A stretch of 64,000 nt of DNA. It comes from a virus (Duplodnaviria; Caudoviricetes). The stretch lies in IMG/VR virus record IMGVR_UViG_3300034061_005995, positions 3,869-67,868 of that record; one strand, 5' to 3'. This document shows positions 19,345 to 29,295 of the stretch, piece after piece. The notes beneath the pieces were generated by a model. That model made no database searches, was not told where the DNA came from, and saw only the letters and a list, made by a program, of their open reading frames with translations. Position numbers and translations under genes: made by a program. Each line of letters starts with the position of its first letter. Positions within the stretch are counted from its first letter, which is position 1.

Positions 19345-21810
19345 ATGGCGTGTTATAGTGGCTTAACCAATGCACCAAATTGGTATTATCAAGATTGTAA
19401 TGGAAGTATTAGAAGTGGTAGTACTGTAGGTCTAACAGTATGTTATGATGATACAACAATAGTACCTGTTAATATTACAACATCTATGGTATCATGTCTT
19501 AGTAACGAATATAGTTTTAGTGCATGCTGTTATCCATATGATGTTTTTGGAATAATTAATATTCCAACAAGTTTAAATATTGGTGATACATATTATGTTG
19601 AAGTTGATGGATTTTCGGGTTGTACAATTGTTGGAAATGATGTATATATTGTTCAATATTCTGAATCATCAATTACAGGGCCTTTTACAGATTGTGAAGA
19701 TTGTGCAACAAGCATTCCATATCCATGTGCAACGCCAACTCCTACACCAACACCAACATTGACACCAACTCCTACACCAACTCCTACTGTAACCCCTACA
19801 CAAACGCCAACTCCTACGCCAACTCCTACGGGATTTTGTGGAATTTTAGATTATTGTTTGGATACTGATGGAATATCTGTATATGACGGTAATTATACTT
19901 ATGCTGGTACATATAATTCATTAAATTATTATACTGGTGGAACTTCACCTATAGGATATATTTTTAATGATGGTACAAAATGGTGTTTATCAAATTCTTT
20001 AGGCGGGTCTTGTATTTTATTTGGTAAAACCCCATGTTATAATGTTTGTCCAGATATTTGTGATGAATTAATACCTGGAGTATGTGTAACTTCAACTACA
20101 ACAACTTCAATATGTGATACTGTAAATTTTGAAGCTTTATTTAATTGTAATGTTACACCAACTCCAACAACTACACCAACTCCAACTCCAACATCATCAG
20201 TTGGAACATGTTTTTCAGCAATTACTGACACTCCTAATTGGAGTTATTATGATTGTTGCGGCAATTTAATAACTGGTACAACAATAGGTTTAGATATTTG
20301 TTATAATAGTTCATTACCATTTTCTGGTATTGCAACATATCCAGATGTTTGTGTTGTTAATTGCCCAACTCCAACACCAACACCAACTCCAACAAGTATT
20401 TGCACATTATCGTCAATATCTTTAAGCGCAACAACATTACCAACATCTACTCCAACAGCAACACCAACTCCTACACCAACAGTTGTTAGAAATCAATGTT
20501 TTTCTGGTGATGTTGCATTTGTATTATTTGAAGAAGCATTTTCATGCCCTGAAACTAAAAAATTAATTAGTTGTTCAAATAATGAAATTTACTATGTTAA
20601 TGAACCTTTAATATTGGGCTCAGAAGTTGTTCAGATTAATCAAACATTCTTAGGTTTAATTAATGAACAATTTGATTGTTATAGATATTTAGGATTAGAA
20701 AAAATATCAAGTAATGGTATTCTATTAAATATTTATGATATTTTTGGATATGACTGTAATACATGTATTTTAACTACAACAACAACATTACCCCCACCAA
20801 CAGCTACACCAACGGTAACGCCAACAGCTACACCAACGGTAACGCCAACAGCTACACCAACAGCTACACCAACAGCTACACCAACGGCAACGCCAACAGC
20901 TACACCAACAGCTACACCAACAGCTACACCAACGGCAACGCCAACAGCTACACCAACAGCTACACCAACGGCAACGCCTACGCCAACAGCAACAGTTTCA
21001 TGTTTACCTGCAGCATCTTTAGTTAGTGATGGCCTTAGAGCTTATTTAGACCCAGCAATATGTAGCGGTTTTACTTTAGCGACATATACTCTTGAAGATG
21101 CTACAGGAAACTTTAGCGGTAACACTTTTGATGTTAGTCCACAATTTAAAACAACAACTGGAAACCAATCATATAGTGCATATACAAGCGGTGGAACCTA
21201 TAGTACTATAGGTAGTGGTTCGATAACAATTGAACCATCTAAATTATATTTTTATGGTAGAAGCGGCTCAGGTGTTAATTTCTCGGCAACATCTTTCTCA
21301 ATTTGGTTCTATCCATTTAGTGCAGTTACTTCAGGAACATCAGCCCAAAGTCTTATTCAACCAAGATTATCTTATGATACAAATGGAATAAACTATTTAG
21401 GTATCGGTGCTGCTGTTGGGGCACTTAATAATGAGATTTTAGGTTTAATTTCAACAGTTGCAAATACTAATAGACGTACAGCAGTAGATTCATCAGGATT
21501 TACCCAATTTAGTGCCAACACTTGGTATAATATCACATGTAACTGGAATTCTGGCGATTCAAGGTATGATATTTATATAAATAACGTTCAACAAAATGTT
21601 TTTGCTCCAGCGGCTGGTCACATACCAGTAATTGAAGGTAATGCGTTAATCTTAGGTGCGGTTGTCGGATATGCTGGTGACGTAAACGCTCAACAAGCAA
21701 GAGCATTCTTTAATGGTAATATTGGTGAATTGCATATTTATACAAGAGCATTGACACCGACAGAATTAACAGATAACTACAATGCTTTAAAATCGAGATA
21801 CGGTTATTAA
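19345..21810 (+). CDS. Mucin-like (Pro/Thr-rich), Cys-rich surface protein with C-terminal LamG/ConA-like domain
   Basis: Multiple (PT)n and (PTAT)n tracts between Cys-rich modules. C-terminus has 'SFSIWF', 'NTWYNIT', 'IYINN', 'FNGNIGELHIYTRALTPTELTDNYNALKSRYG'. Confidence 0.75.
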   Translation: MACYSGLTNAPNWYYQDCNGSIRSGSTVGLTVCYDDTTIVPVNITTSMVSCLSNEYSFSACCYPYDVFGIINIPTSLNIGDTYYVEVDGFSGCTIVGNDVYIVQYSESSITGPFTDCEDCATSIPYPCATPTPTPTPTLTPTPTPTPTVTPTQTPTPTPTPTGFCGILDYCLDTDGISVYDGNYTYAGTYNSLNYYTGGTSPIGYIFNDGTKWCLSNSLGGSCILFGKTPCYNVCPDICDELIPGVCVTSTTTTSICDTVNFEALFNCNVTPTPTTTPTPTPTSSVGTCFSAITDTPNWSYYDCCGNLITGTTIGLDICYNSSLPFSGIATYPDVCVVNCPTPTPTPTPTSICTLSSISLSATTLPTSTPTATPTPTPTVVRNQCFSGDVAFVLFEEAFSCPETKKLISCSNNEIYYVNEPLILGSEVVQINQTFLGLINEQFDCYRYLGLEKISSNGILLNIYDIFGYDCNTCILTTTTTLPPPTATPTVTPTATPTVTPTATPTATPTATPTATPTATPTATPTATPTATPTATPTATPTATPTPTATVSCLPAASLVSDGLRAYLDPAICSGFTLATYTLEDATGNFSGNTFDVSPQFKTTTGNQSYSAYTSGGTYSTIGSGSITIEPSKLYFYGRSGSGVNFSATSFSIWFYPFSAVTSGTSAQSLIQPRLSYDTNGINYLGIGAAVGALNNEILGLISTVANTNRRTAVDSSGFTQFSANTWYNITCNWNSGDSRYDIYINNVQQNVFAPAAGHIPVIEGNALILGAVVGYAGDVNAQQARAFFNGNIGELHIYTRALTPTELTDNYNALKSRYGY
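20797..20993 (+). repeat. 12-nt coding tandem repeat (CCAACAGCTACA and variants) encoding (PTAT)n
   Basis: About 16 units directly visible. Confidence 0.9.
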
Positions 21811-21852
21811 AATATTTATTTAATTTTTTTTTTCATTATTTTAATAGTAATA

Positions 21853-23103
21853 ATGAAAATTTTTATCCAAATTGCCAGTTATCGTGACCCTCAATTATTA
21901 CAAACAATTAAAAGTTGTTTAGAAAATTCAAGATACCCTGAGAATTTAGTATTTTCAATTGCAAGGCAATATCATAATGATGATACCTTTGACGATTTAT
22001 CAGAATATTATAATGATGATAGATTCAAAATATTGAACATCCCGCATGAAGAATCTCTTGGTGTTTGTTGGGCAAGAAATCTAACACAACAATTATATAA
22101 TGGTGAAGAATATACATTACAAATTGATTCACATATGAGATTTTCCAAAGATTGGGATATCACATTAATTGAAATGATTCAACAATTAAAAAATAATGGG
22201 TATTTAAAACCATTATTGACAGGATATATGCCATCATTTGACCCAGATAATGACCCAAATAGTCGTATTCAAACACCCTGGAGAATGGTTTTTGACAGAT
22301 TTATCCCTGAAGGTGCGGTATTTTTTTTACCTGAAGTAATTCCAGGATATTTAAATTTAACTGAACCTATACATTCAAGATTTTATTCTGCACATTTTTG
22401 TTTTACAATTGGAGATTTTGTTAAAGAAGTTCAACATGACCCATTAATGTATTTTCATGGTGAAGAAATATCAATTGCTGCAAGAGCTTACACACATGGT
22501 TATGATTTATTTCATCCACATAAAGTTGTATTATGGCACGAATATACAAGAAAAAATCGTGTTAAACAATGGGACGATGACCCAAAATGGACGGAAAAGA
22601 ATGATAAATCACATTTAAGGAATAGAAAACTCTTTAGCATGGATGGTGAAATGTATAATCCTGCCGAATTTGGAATTTATGGATTTGGAAATATAAGAAC
22701 TTTACGAGATTACGAGATATATAGTGGAATACATTTTGGTAAACGAGCTGTTCAACAATATACTTTAGATAAAAAATATCCACCCAATCCTTATAACTTT
22801 AAAAACGTATCTGAATGGGAAGATTCATTCTCAAGAATTTTTAAACACTGTATAGATTTACATAAAGATTTTGTAAATTTTGATGATTATGAATTTTGGG
22901 TTGTAGCATATCATGATGAGCAAGATAATACAATATTTAGACAAGATTGTGGTATTAGTGAAATTAAACAATTAAAATCCTCAAATGAAGAATACTATAA
23001 AATTTGGAGAGAATTTCAAACTACTAAACAACCAAGAAAATGGGTTGTTTGGCCATATTCAAAATCTAAAGGGTGGTGTGATAAAATAGAAAAAATCTTA
23101 TGA
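21853..23103 (+). CDS. GT60-like polypeptide/hydroxyproline GlcNAc-transferase (Skp1 GlcNAcT family)
   Basis: 'IFIQIASYRD', 'GVCWARNLTQQLYNGEEYTLQIDSHMRFSKDWD' and 'FHGEEISIAARAYTHGYDLF' are hallmark motifs of that family. Confidence 0.8.
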   Translation: MKIFIQIASYRDPQLLQTIKSCLENSRYPENLVFSIARQYHNDDTFDDLSEYYNDDRFKILNIPHEESLGVCWARNLTQQLYNGEEYTLQIDSHMRFSKDWDITLIEMIQQLKNNGYLKPLLTGYMPSFDPDNDPNSRIQTPWRMVFDRFIPEGAVFFLPEVIPGYLNLTEPIHSRFYSAHFCFTIGDFVKEVQHDPLMYFHGEEISIAARAYTHGYDLFHPHKVVLWHEYTRKNRVKQWDDDPKWTEKNDKSHLRNRKLFSMDGEMYNPAEFGIYGFGNIRTLRDYEIYSGIHFGKRAVQQYTLDKKYPPNPYNFKNVSEWEDSFSRIFKHCIDLHKDFVNFDDYEFWVVAYHDEQDNTIFRQDCGISEIKQLKSSNEEYYKIWREFQTTKQPRKWVVWPYSKSKGWCDKIEKIL

Positions 23104-23672
23104 AGTTAATCGTTGTTATTTGTCATTATCGTGAAAATTTAAATTGGCTTAAAGATTTAAAACACCCTTATATTGTATATAATAAAAATCCAAATAATAA
23201 TCATTTATTTGAGAATAATTTACCAAATGTTGGTTTTGATACTGTTGTTTATTTAAAATATATTATTGATAACTATAATAATTTACCTGATTATATTTGT
23301 TTCTCTCAAGATAACCCATTTTATCATTGTTCAACAATAATTGATAAAATTAACAATTTTAACTTTGATTCAGATTTTGTACCTTTAGGTATTTCATATG
23401 TTAGGGACCAAAAAGATATTTTAGAGAAAACTATTAAATATGCTGAAGAAAATGGTATTAAATTAAATATTCCAATTAAATTTATAAATTCTGCACAATG
23501 TATTGTATCAAAAAAACTAATACTTAAGAATACTAAAGAGTTTTACGAAAAAATAAAAGAAACTCTACCAAAAAATGAAATAATAAACCAAACTAATTAT
23601 ATAGTCGAATATTTATGGCCAACAATTTTAGGCTTTAATGAAGAATTAAAAATTAGTTTTTATAATTGTTAA
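23100..23672 (+). CDS. DUF3431-like putative glycosyltransferase-related protein
   Basis: 'HYRENLNWL', 'LPNVG', 'YIIDNYNNLPDYICFSQDNPFYH', 'AQCIVSK', 'EYLWPTIL'. Confidence 0.65.
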   Translation: MKLIVVICHYRENLNWLKDLKHPYIVYNKNPNNNHLFENNLPNVGFDTVVYLKYIIDNYNNLPDYICFSQDNPFYHCSTIIDKINNFNFDSDFVPLGISYVRDQKDILEKTIKYAEENGIKLNIPIKFINSAQCIVSKKLILKNTKEFYEKIKETLPKNEIINQTNYIVEYLWPTILGFNEELKISFYNC

Positions 23673-24487
23673 TGATGAAAAAAGCTCTAATAGGATTATC
23701 CAATAATATTTTGACTAATATTAATAAAATTAAAGTATGGTCAAAAAGTTTTAAACAATATTCAGATGGTGACATAATATTATTATGTGCAAATACTAAT
23801 AAATTAGAAATGGATTTATGTAAGTCTCTTGGAATAATTACAGTTCCAGTTTTAGTTAACGATATAAATTATATTAATCATAAAAGATTATTAATTACCA
23901 AAGAAGTATTAGAAACTTATAAGTATGACGTATGTATAATAACTGATGTTTTTGATGTTGTATTTCAATCGGACCCATTTAAAAAATTAGATTTTGAAAA
24001 TTTTGATATTTTTGTTAGCGGTGAGGGCGTAAATGTTAATCAAGAACCTTGGAATTCAGATAATATTAATAAACTTTTTCCACAACATTTTAATGCTTGT
24101 GTAAATACTGAAATTATTAATTCTGGAGTAATTGCTGGTAAACGCTTATCACTAATTAAATTACTTGATATGATGTATAATTTATGTCAAGAAAGTAATA
24201 ATAATCATAATATTAAAGACCAAGCCGCATTAATTGTTTTAGTATCATTAAACTTAATACCCAATTTAAAAATATTTAATTTGGATGATGGATGGGCAAT
24301 GCATTGTGCTGTTGCAGGTCCAACACAATTTTTTGATGCTTGGGGATTTAGAAATAATTTGAAATATGGAATACCCCAATTAATTAATAAAACTATATGT
24401 ACTAAAACTGGCGATGTTTTTGACATTGTTCATCAATTTAATCGTATAGATAAATGGAATGAAATTTTAACAAATGAATACATTTAA
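23672..24487 (+). CDS. Putative GT-A glycosyltransferase
   Basis: 'ITDVFDVVFQSDPF', 'INSGVIAG', 'DQAAL', 'IVHQFNR'. Confidence 0.65.
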   Translation: MMKKALIGLSNNILTNINKIKVWSKSFKQYSDGDIILLCANTNKLEMDLCKSLGIITVPVLVNDINYINHKRLLITKEVLETYKYDVCIITDVFDVVFQSDPFKKLDFENFDIFVSGEGVNVNQEPWNSDNINKLFPQHFNACVNTEIINSGVIAGKRLSLIKLLDMMYNLCQESNNNHNIKDQAALIVLVSLNLIPNLKIFNLDDGWAMHCAVAGPTQFFDAWGFRNNLKYGIPQLINKTICTKTGDVFDIVHQFNRIDKWNEILTNEYI

Positions 24488-25238
24488 AACTTGTAAAGTT
24501 ATTTGTTTTACACCACAAACATATAACTCATATTTTGGGTGGTGGAAATCATTATTAAATACTTCAAATACATTTTTAATTGTTGATAACAGCTCAAATG
24601 CAAAAATTGATTATTCTGGGTTTATATATAATGAAGATGATATTCGAAAAAATTTTAATTTTAAAGAAACCGTTAATAGAAATCATTATTGGAATGCACA
24701 AGGAAATAAAAATATAATTTGGTTTTATGCCTATTTAAGAATGTTAAATTATTATATAAATAATAACAAATATGATTATTATTGGTTTTTTGATGATGAT
24801 GTTTATTGTAACAATTGGGAACATTTCTTAAATTCTTTTGAAGACGATGATTCAGACTTTTTATCATATTTTTTATTTAAGAATTTAAATGTAGAATCTT
24901 ATCCTGAAATCCCAAAAGTTGATAATAAAATGTTTTCTGGAAATTTATGGTTTCAAAGATTTCCATCACATGGTGATAAGCTTGAACCTAACACTAATGA
25001 TTTATTTGGTTCTTTTTTTCCAATTGTAAGATTTTCTAAGAGAGCGTTAGAAAAATTAAAAGAACTAACATTAAACGATTTTCATGGATATGGTGAAGGG
25101 TTTGTTCCAACAACGTTAGCCAAATATGGTTATAAAATTAATACAATATTCAATAACGAAAATAAATCAAAGTATTTCGATACTAATAAAATTAATATTA
25201 CACATAAAAATATAAAAATTAATTGGGAATGGCTTTAA
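24474..25238 (+). CDS. Putative GT-A glycosyltransferase (DUF3405-like)
   Basis: 'YDYYWFFDDDV' (DxD), 'FFPIVRFSKRAL', 'GYGEGFVPT'. Confidence 0.55.
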   Translation: MNTFKTCKVICFTPQTYNSYFGWWKSLLNTSNTFLIVDNSSNAKIDYSGFIYNEDDIRKNFNFKETVNRNHYWNAQGNKNIIWFYAYLRMLNYYINNNKYDYYWFFDDDVYCNNWEHFLNSFEDDDSDFLSYFLFKNLNVESYPEIPKVDNKMFSGNLWFQRFPSHGDKLEPNTNDLFGSFFPIVRFSKRALEKLKELTLNDFHGYGEGFVPTTLAKYGYKINTIFNNENKSKYFDTNKINITHKNIKINWEWL

Positions 25239-26026
25239 ATAATCCTGTAATAGTAACTGCTCTATTTGATATTGGTAGAGAAACTTGGAATAATTATACA
25301 ATGTCATATCATACATATTGTTGGTGGGCAAGAAACACTTTATCATTAGACTCAAACATTGTTGTATATACTGAAGAAAAATTCTTAACTGAGCTTAAGA
25401 ATTATAGACGCGAATTTGACCCGAATTTAGAAAAGACAATTTTTATTACAAAAAAAATAACAGAATTAGATTGTTATACAATTTATTATGAAAAATTAAA
25501 AACATTAATGGAATCTGAAAAATTTATTAATAAAATAAGTTTTAAGAATGTTCCAGAAATGTGTCAACCACTATATAACATTATTATGTTTAACAAAGTA
25601 TTCTTTTTAAAAGATACTATTGATAATAAATATTTTAATAATGATGTTGTAATATGGGCCGATGCTGGAGGATTAAGGGATGATATTAATGTATATAAAA
25701 ATACTACTTGGCCAAAAATTACAAAATTAAATCTATTAGATAAAAATGTTGTAACAGTATTTTCACACAACCTTGATGTAAATATTACAGATTTTGAATA
25801 TCATGCATTATCACAAATTAGAAATATCCAGGGTACTTGTTTTTTTGTTCCGTCTCATTTGATTGATATTTTAATAACTGTTTTAAATCAAACTATTAAT
25901 GACGCAATAAATAATTCATATATCGGAAGTGATGAAAAAATATTTGATATTTGCTATACCAAGCATAAGTCATTGTTTAATTTAATAAAAAGTAATTGGA
26001 GAGAATATTTTAATTATTTTAAATAA
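25229..26026 (+). CDS. HtrL/YibB (WlaTC)-like putative glycosyltransferase
   Basis: 'IVTALFDIGR', 'YNIIMFNKVFFL', 'WADAG', 'SDEKIF'. Confidence 0.7.
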   Translation: MALNNPVIVTALFDIGRETWNNYTMSYHTYCWWARNTLSLDSNIVVYTEEKFLTELKNYRREFDPNLEKTIFITKKITELDCYTIYYEKLKTLMESEKFINKISFKNVPEMCQPLYNIIMFNKVFFLKDTIDNKYFNNDVVIWADAGGLRDDINVYKNTTWPKITKLNLLDKNVVTVFSHNLDVNITDFEYHALSQIRNIQGTCFFVPSHLIDILITVLNQTINDAINNSYIGSDEKIFDICYTKHKSLFNLIKSNWREYFNYFK

Positions 26027-26043
26027 TTAGATATTTATCTTAA

Positions 26044-26403
26044 ATGGAGTTTTTTATTCAAAAAGGTGCAACATTACCATTATTAAAAATGCAAATAGTT
26101 AAAGATGGTAGAACTGATTATTCAGGTATAACTTCTTTTATTGAAACATCAAGTATTACTTTTTCAATGATTGATGTTAGTACAGGAATTCCAAAAATAG
26201 TTTCAAATGGTGCAGGATTTGTTTCAAAAACATTCATTGACCCAATACATACACCTGAATATTATATCTATTATAGATTTTCACAAAAAGATACAAATAA
26301 AGTTGGAAGATATGAAGGCCAGTTTTTATTAAAGAATGACATTGGTGATTTAATTGTCCCAATTAGAGAACCATTATTTATAAATGTCGTAGATTTCATT
26401 TGA
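26044..26403 (+). CDS. Small BppU-like structural protein, paralog of the N-terminus of 7048-8142
   Basis: 'MEFFIQKGATLPLLKMQIVKDGRTDY...YRFSQKDTNKVGRYEGQF'; preceded by TATTTAT at 26032. Confidence 0.6.
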   Translation: MEFFIQKGATLPLLKMQIVKDGRTDYSGITSFIETSSITFSMIDVSTGIPKIVSNGAGFVSKTFIDPIHTPEYYIYYRFSQKDTNKVGRYEGQFLLKNDIGDLIVPIREPLFINVVDFI

Positions 26404-26428
26404 CAAAAATATAATTTTTAGTTATCAT
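26400..26428 (+). promoter_or_regulatory. Sigma70-type promoter for DNA polymerase
   Basis: TTGACA (26400-26405), N17, TATCAT (26423-26428). Confidence 0.7.
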
Positions 26429-26494
26429 TTTTGAAGTTAAGGTTAATGTTAACGTAGTTTAACAGCAAATTTACCACTTTAAAAATTAAAATTT

Positions 26495-29284
26495 ATGATA
26501 TCACAAGATGAAATTAGGACCTTTTTGGAAGGTTCTGACCCTGAGAAATATATCGTATCAGTTGAATATGATTATATTTCTGACAGTATTTACAAAATTA
26601 AACAATTACCAGATAAAGGTTTAGTTTTAGAATCTGAAAGCTTTACCCCATTTGCATGGGTTAGCGATTTTACAAGCATTAAATTTTATAATTCTGATGT
26701 TGAATTACAAAAAGCTGCTAAAACTAAATATAAAATTGTCATTGAAAAATTAAGAACTGATGATAATTTTAGATTGAAAAATGGTTTAAAATATTTAGTT
26801 AAATCCTTAGATGGTTATAGAAGTTTAATATCTTTTTTTAGAGATGGTGGAATAGACCCTTGGGGTGAACAGTTTAAAAATGATATTTTAATATTATCCC
26901 CAGTTGAGCAATTTTTAATCCAAAAAGAAAAGAGATTATTTAAAGGATTTGATGAATATAATGATATTAATAGGTTAGTATTTGACTTAGAGACAACATC
27001 ATTAGACCCAAAAACTGGAAGAATATTCATGATTGGTATAAAAGATAATCGTGGATATAGAAAGGTTTTAGAGTGTTCAGATGACCAAACAGAAAAAGAA
27101 GCAATAGTTGAATTCTTTAACATTCTTAACGAATTGAAACCATCAATTATTGCTGGGTATAATTCGGCAAACTTCGACTGGAACTTTTTATTTGAAAGAT
27201 GTAAAATATTAAAAATTAATATTAAAGATGTTGCTAAAACATTACATTCAAAATATAAAATAAAAACTAAAGATGCTATATTAAAACTTGGTAATGAAGT
27301 TGAACCATATACTCAAGTTGATATGTGGGGATTTAGTATAATTGATATTATTCATTCCGTTAGGAGAGCACAAGCTATTAACTCAGATATTAAATCTGCA
27401 GGTCTTAAATATATAACAAAATATTTACAACTTGAAGCTAAAGACCGTGTTTATATTGAACATAAAAGTATTTCTAATTTATATTACGACACTAATGATT
27501 ATTGGTTAAATACATTAAATGGTAATTACAAAAAAGTTGGTGTAGATTCTAAAATTGATTCAATATGTGAAAAAAAGAATGAAATTTATACTAAGGTAAA
27601 AGGTTCTCAACTTGTTGAAATGTATCTTGATGATGACTTAGAAGAAACTTTAAAGGTTGATGAGGAGTTTAATCAAGGGTCATTCTTACTTGCGGGATTG
27701 GTTCCAACAACATATTTAAGAATTTGTACTATGGGTACTGCATCATTATGGAAAATGTTGATGCTTGCTTGGAGCTATAAAAATGGGTTAGCAATACCTA
27801 AAAAAGATACTCAAAGAGATTTTGTTGGTGGATTATCAAGATTGTTAAAAGTTGGATACTCAAAAAACGTATTAAAACTCGACTTTAGTTCATTGTATCC
27901 ATCAATTCAACTTGTACATGACATATTTCCAGATTGTGATATTACTGGAGTAATGAAAAGCTTATTGAAATATTTTAGGGATACAAGGATATCATATAAG
28001 AATTTAGCTGAACAATTATATGAAACAGATAATAAAAAATCGTTATCTTATGGTAGAAAACAATTACCTATTAAAATATTTATTAACTCAATGTTTGGCG
28101 CATTGTCAGCCCCAAATGTATTTCCATGGGCCGATATGAATAAAGGTGAGCAAATAACATGTACTGGAAGGCAATACTTAAGACAAATGATTAATTTTTT
28201 CATCGAAAAAGGTTATACACCACTTGTGATGGATACTGATGGTGTTAACTTTTCAAAACCTGATGGATATGAATCCAGAGTATATATTGGTAAAGGTTTA
28301 AATTGGAAAGTTAAACTTGGAAAGGAATATTACGGTGATAATGCTGATGTTGCAGAATTTAATGATAAATTCATGAGAGGTGAAATGGCTTTAGATACTG
28401 ACGGTACCTGGCCAGCTTGTATAAATTTATCAAGAAAAAATTACGCAGTAATTGATGCTAAAGGTAAAGTTAAATTAACAGGTGCAACAATTAAAAGTAA
28501 AAAACTACCGATATATATTGAAGAATTTTTAGACAAAGGTATTAAATTATTATTAAATGGTTCAGGATATGAATTTATTGAATGGTATTATGAATACATA
28601 GAATTAATTTATAATCAACAGATTCCTTTAAGAAAAATTGCACAAAGAGCAAAAGTTAAATTAACAATTGATGAATATATTCAAAGATTAAAAACTAAAA
28701 CAAAAGCTGGTCATGGAATGTCCAGAATGGCTCATATGGAATTAGTAATTAAAGAAAATTTAAAAGTTAACTTAGGTGATGAGATATTATATATAAATAA
28801 TGGTAAAAAAGTTTCTACTGGGGATGTTCAAAAAATTAAAAAACCTAAAAAAGGATGGTCCGAAGAACAAATTGAACAATACTACTCAGTATATGGTAAA
28901 AATCCAAATGAGGCATCTGACCATGAAATATTCCTAAATTGTTATATTCTAAATCATCAAGATGTTGAAAATAATCCAAACATGATTGGTGAATATAATT
29001 TTAAAAGGTCTATTGCAATTTTTAATAAAAGAATTGAACCTTTGTTAGTATGTTTTCATCCTGATATCAGAGACTCAATATTAGTTGATTCACCAGATAA
29101 AAGAGAATTCTTTACAAAAGAACAATGTACACTTGTAAATGGATATCCTTTTGAAGCTCATGACCAAGATGATTTAAATGATGATGTTATGCTAATGGAA
29201 AATAGAGAAAATATTTTTTGGGAAAATATTGGTGTTAATCCAAATTATATTTATACCTTTGCTGAAGAAAACGTAGTAAACTAA
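26495..29284 (+). CDS. polB: Family B DNA polymerase
   Basis: Exonuclease motifs 'FDLETT' and 'GYNSANFDW'; polymerase motifs 'LDFSSLYPS', 'KIFINSMFG', 'MDTDG', 'RKNYA'. Confidence 0.95.
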   Translation: MISQDEIRTFLEGSDPEKYIVSVEYDYISDSIYKIKQLPDKGLVLESESFTPFAWVSDFTSIKFYNSDVELQKAAKTKYKIVIEKLRTDDNFRLKNGLKYLVKSLDGYRSLISFFRDGGIDPWGEQFKNDILILSPVEQFLIQKEKRLFKGFDEYNDINRLVFDLETTSLDPKTGRIFMIGIKDNRGYRKVLECSDDQTEKEAIVEFFNILNELKPSIIAGYNSANFDWNFLFERCKILKINIKDVAKTLHSKYKIKTKDAILKLGNEVEPYTQVDMWGFSIIDIIHSVRRAQAINSDIKSAGLKYITKYLQLEAKDRVYIEHKSISNLYYDTNDYWLNTLNGNYKKVGVDSKIDSICEKKNEIYTKVKGSQLVEMYLDDDLEETLKVDEEFNQGSFLLAGLVPTTYLRICTMGTASLWKMLMLAWSYKNGLAIPKKDTQRDFVGGLSRLLKVGYSKNVLKLDFSSLYPSIQLVHDIFPDCDITGVMKSLLKYFRDTRISYKNLAEQLYETDNKKSLSYGRKQLPIKIFINSMFGALSAPNVFPWADMNKGEQITCTGRQYLRQMINFFIEKGYTPLVMDTDGVNFSKPDGYESRVYIGKGLNWKVKLGKEYYGDNADVAEFNDKFMRGEMALDTDGTWPACINLSRKNYAVIDAKGKVKLTGATIKSKKLPIYIEEFLDKGIKLLLNGSGYEFIEWYYEYIELIYNQQIPLRKIAQRAKVKLTIDEYIQRLKTKTKAGHGMSRMAHMELVIKENLKVNLGDEILYINNGKKVSTGDVQKIKKPKKGWSEEQIEQYYSVYGKNPNEASDHEIFLNCYILNHQDVENNPNMIGEYNFKRSIAIFNKRIEPLLVCFHPDIRDSILVDSPDKREFFTKEQCTLVNGYPFEAHDQDDLNDDVMLMENRENIFWENIGVNPNYIYTFAEENVVN

Positions 29285-29295
29285 TATTTACAAAT

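Noticed and set aside
20763-21026. NSYT-repeat ORF
   Set aside because: It is an alternative-frame reading of the (PTAT)n repeat.
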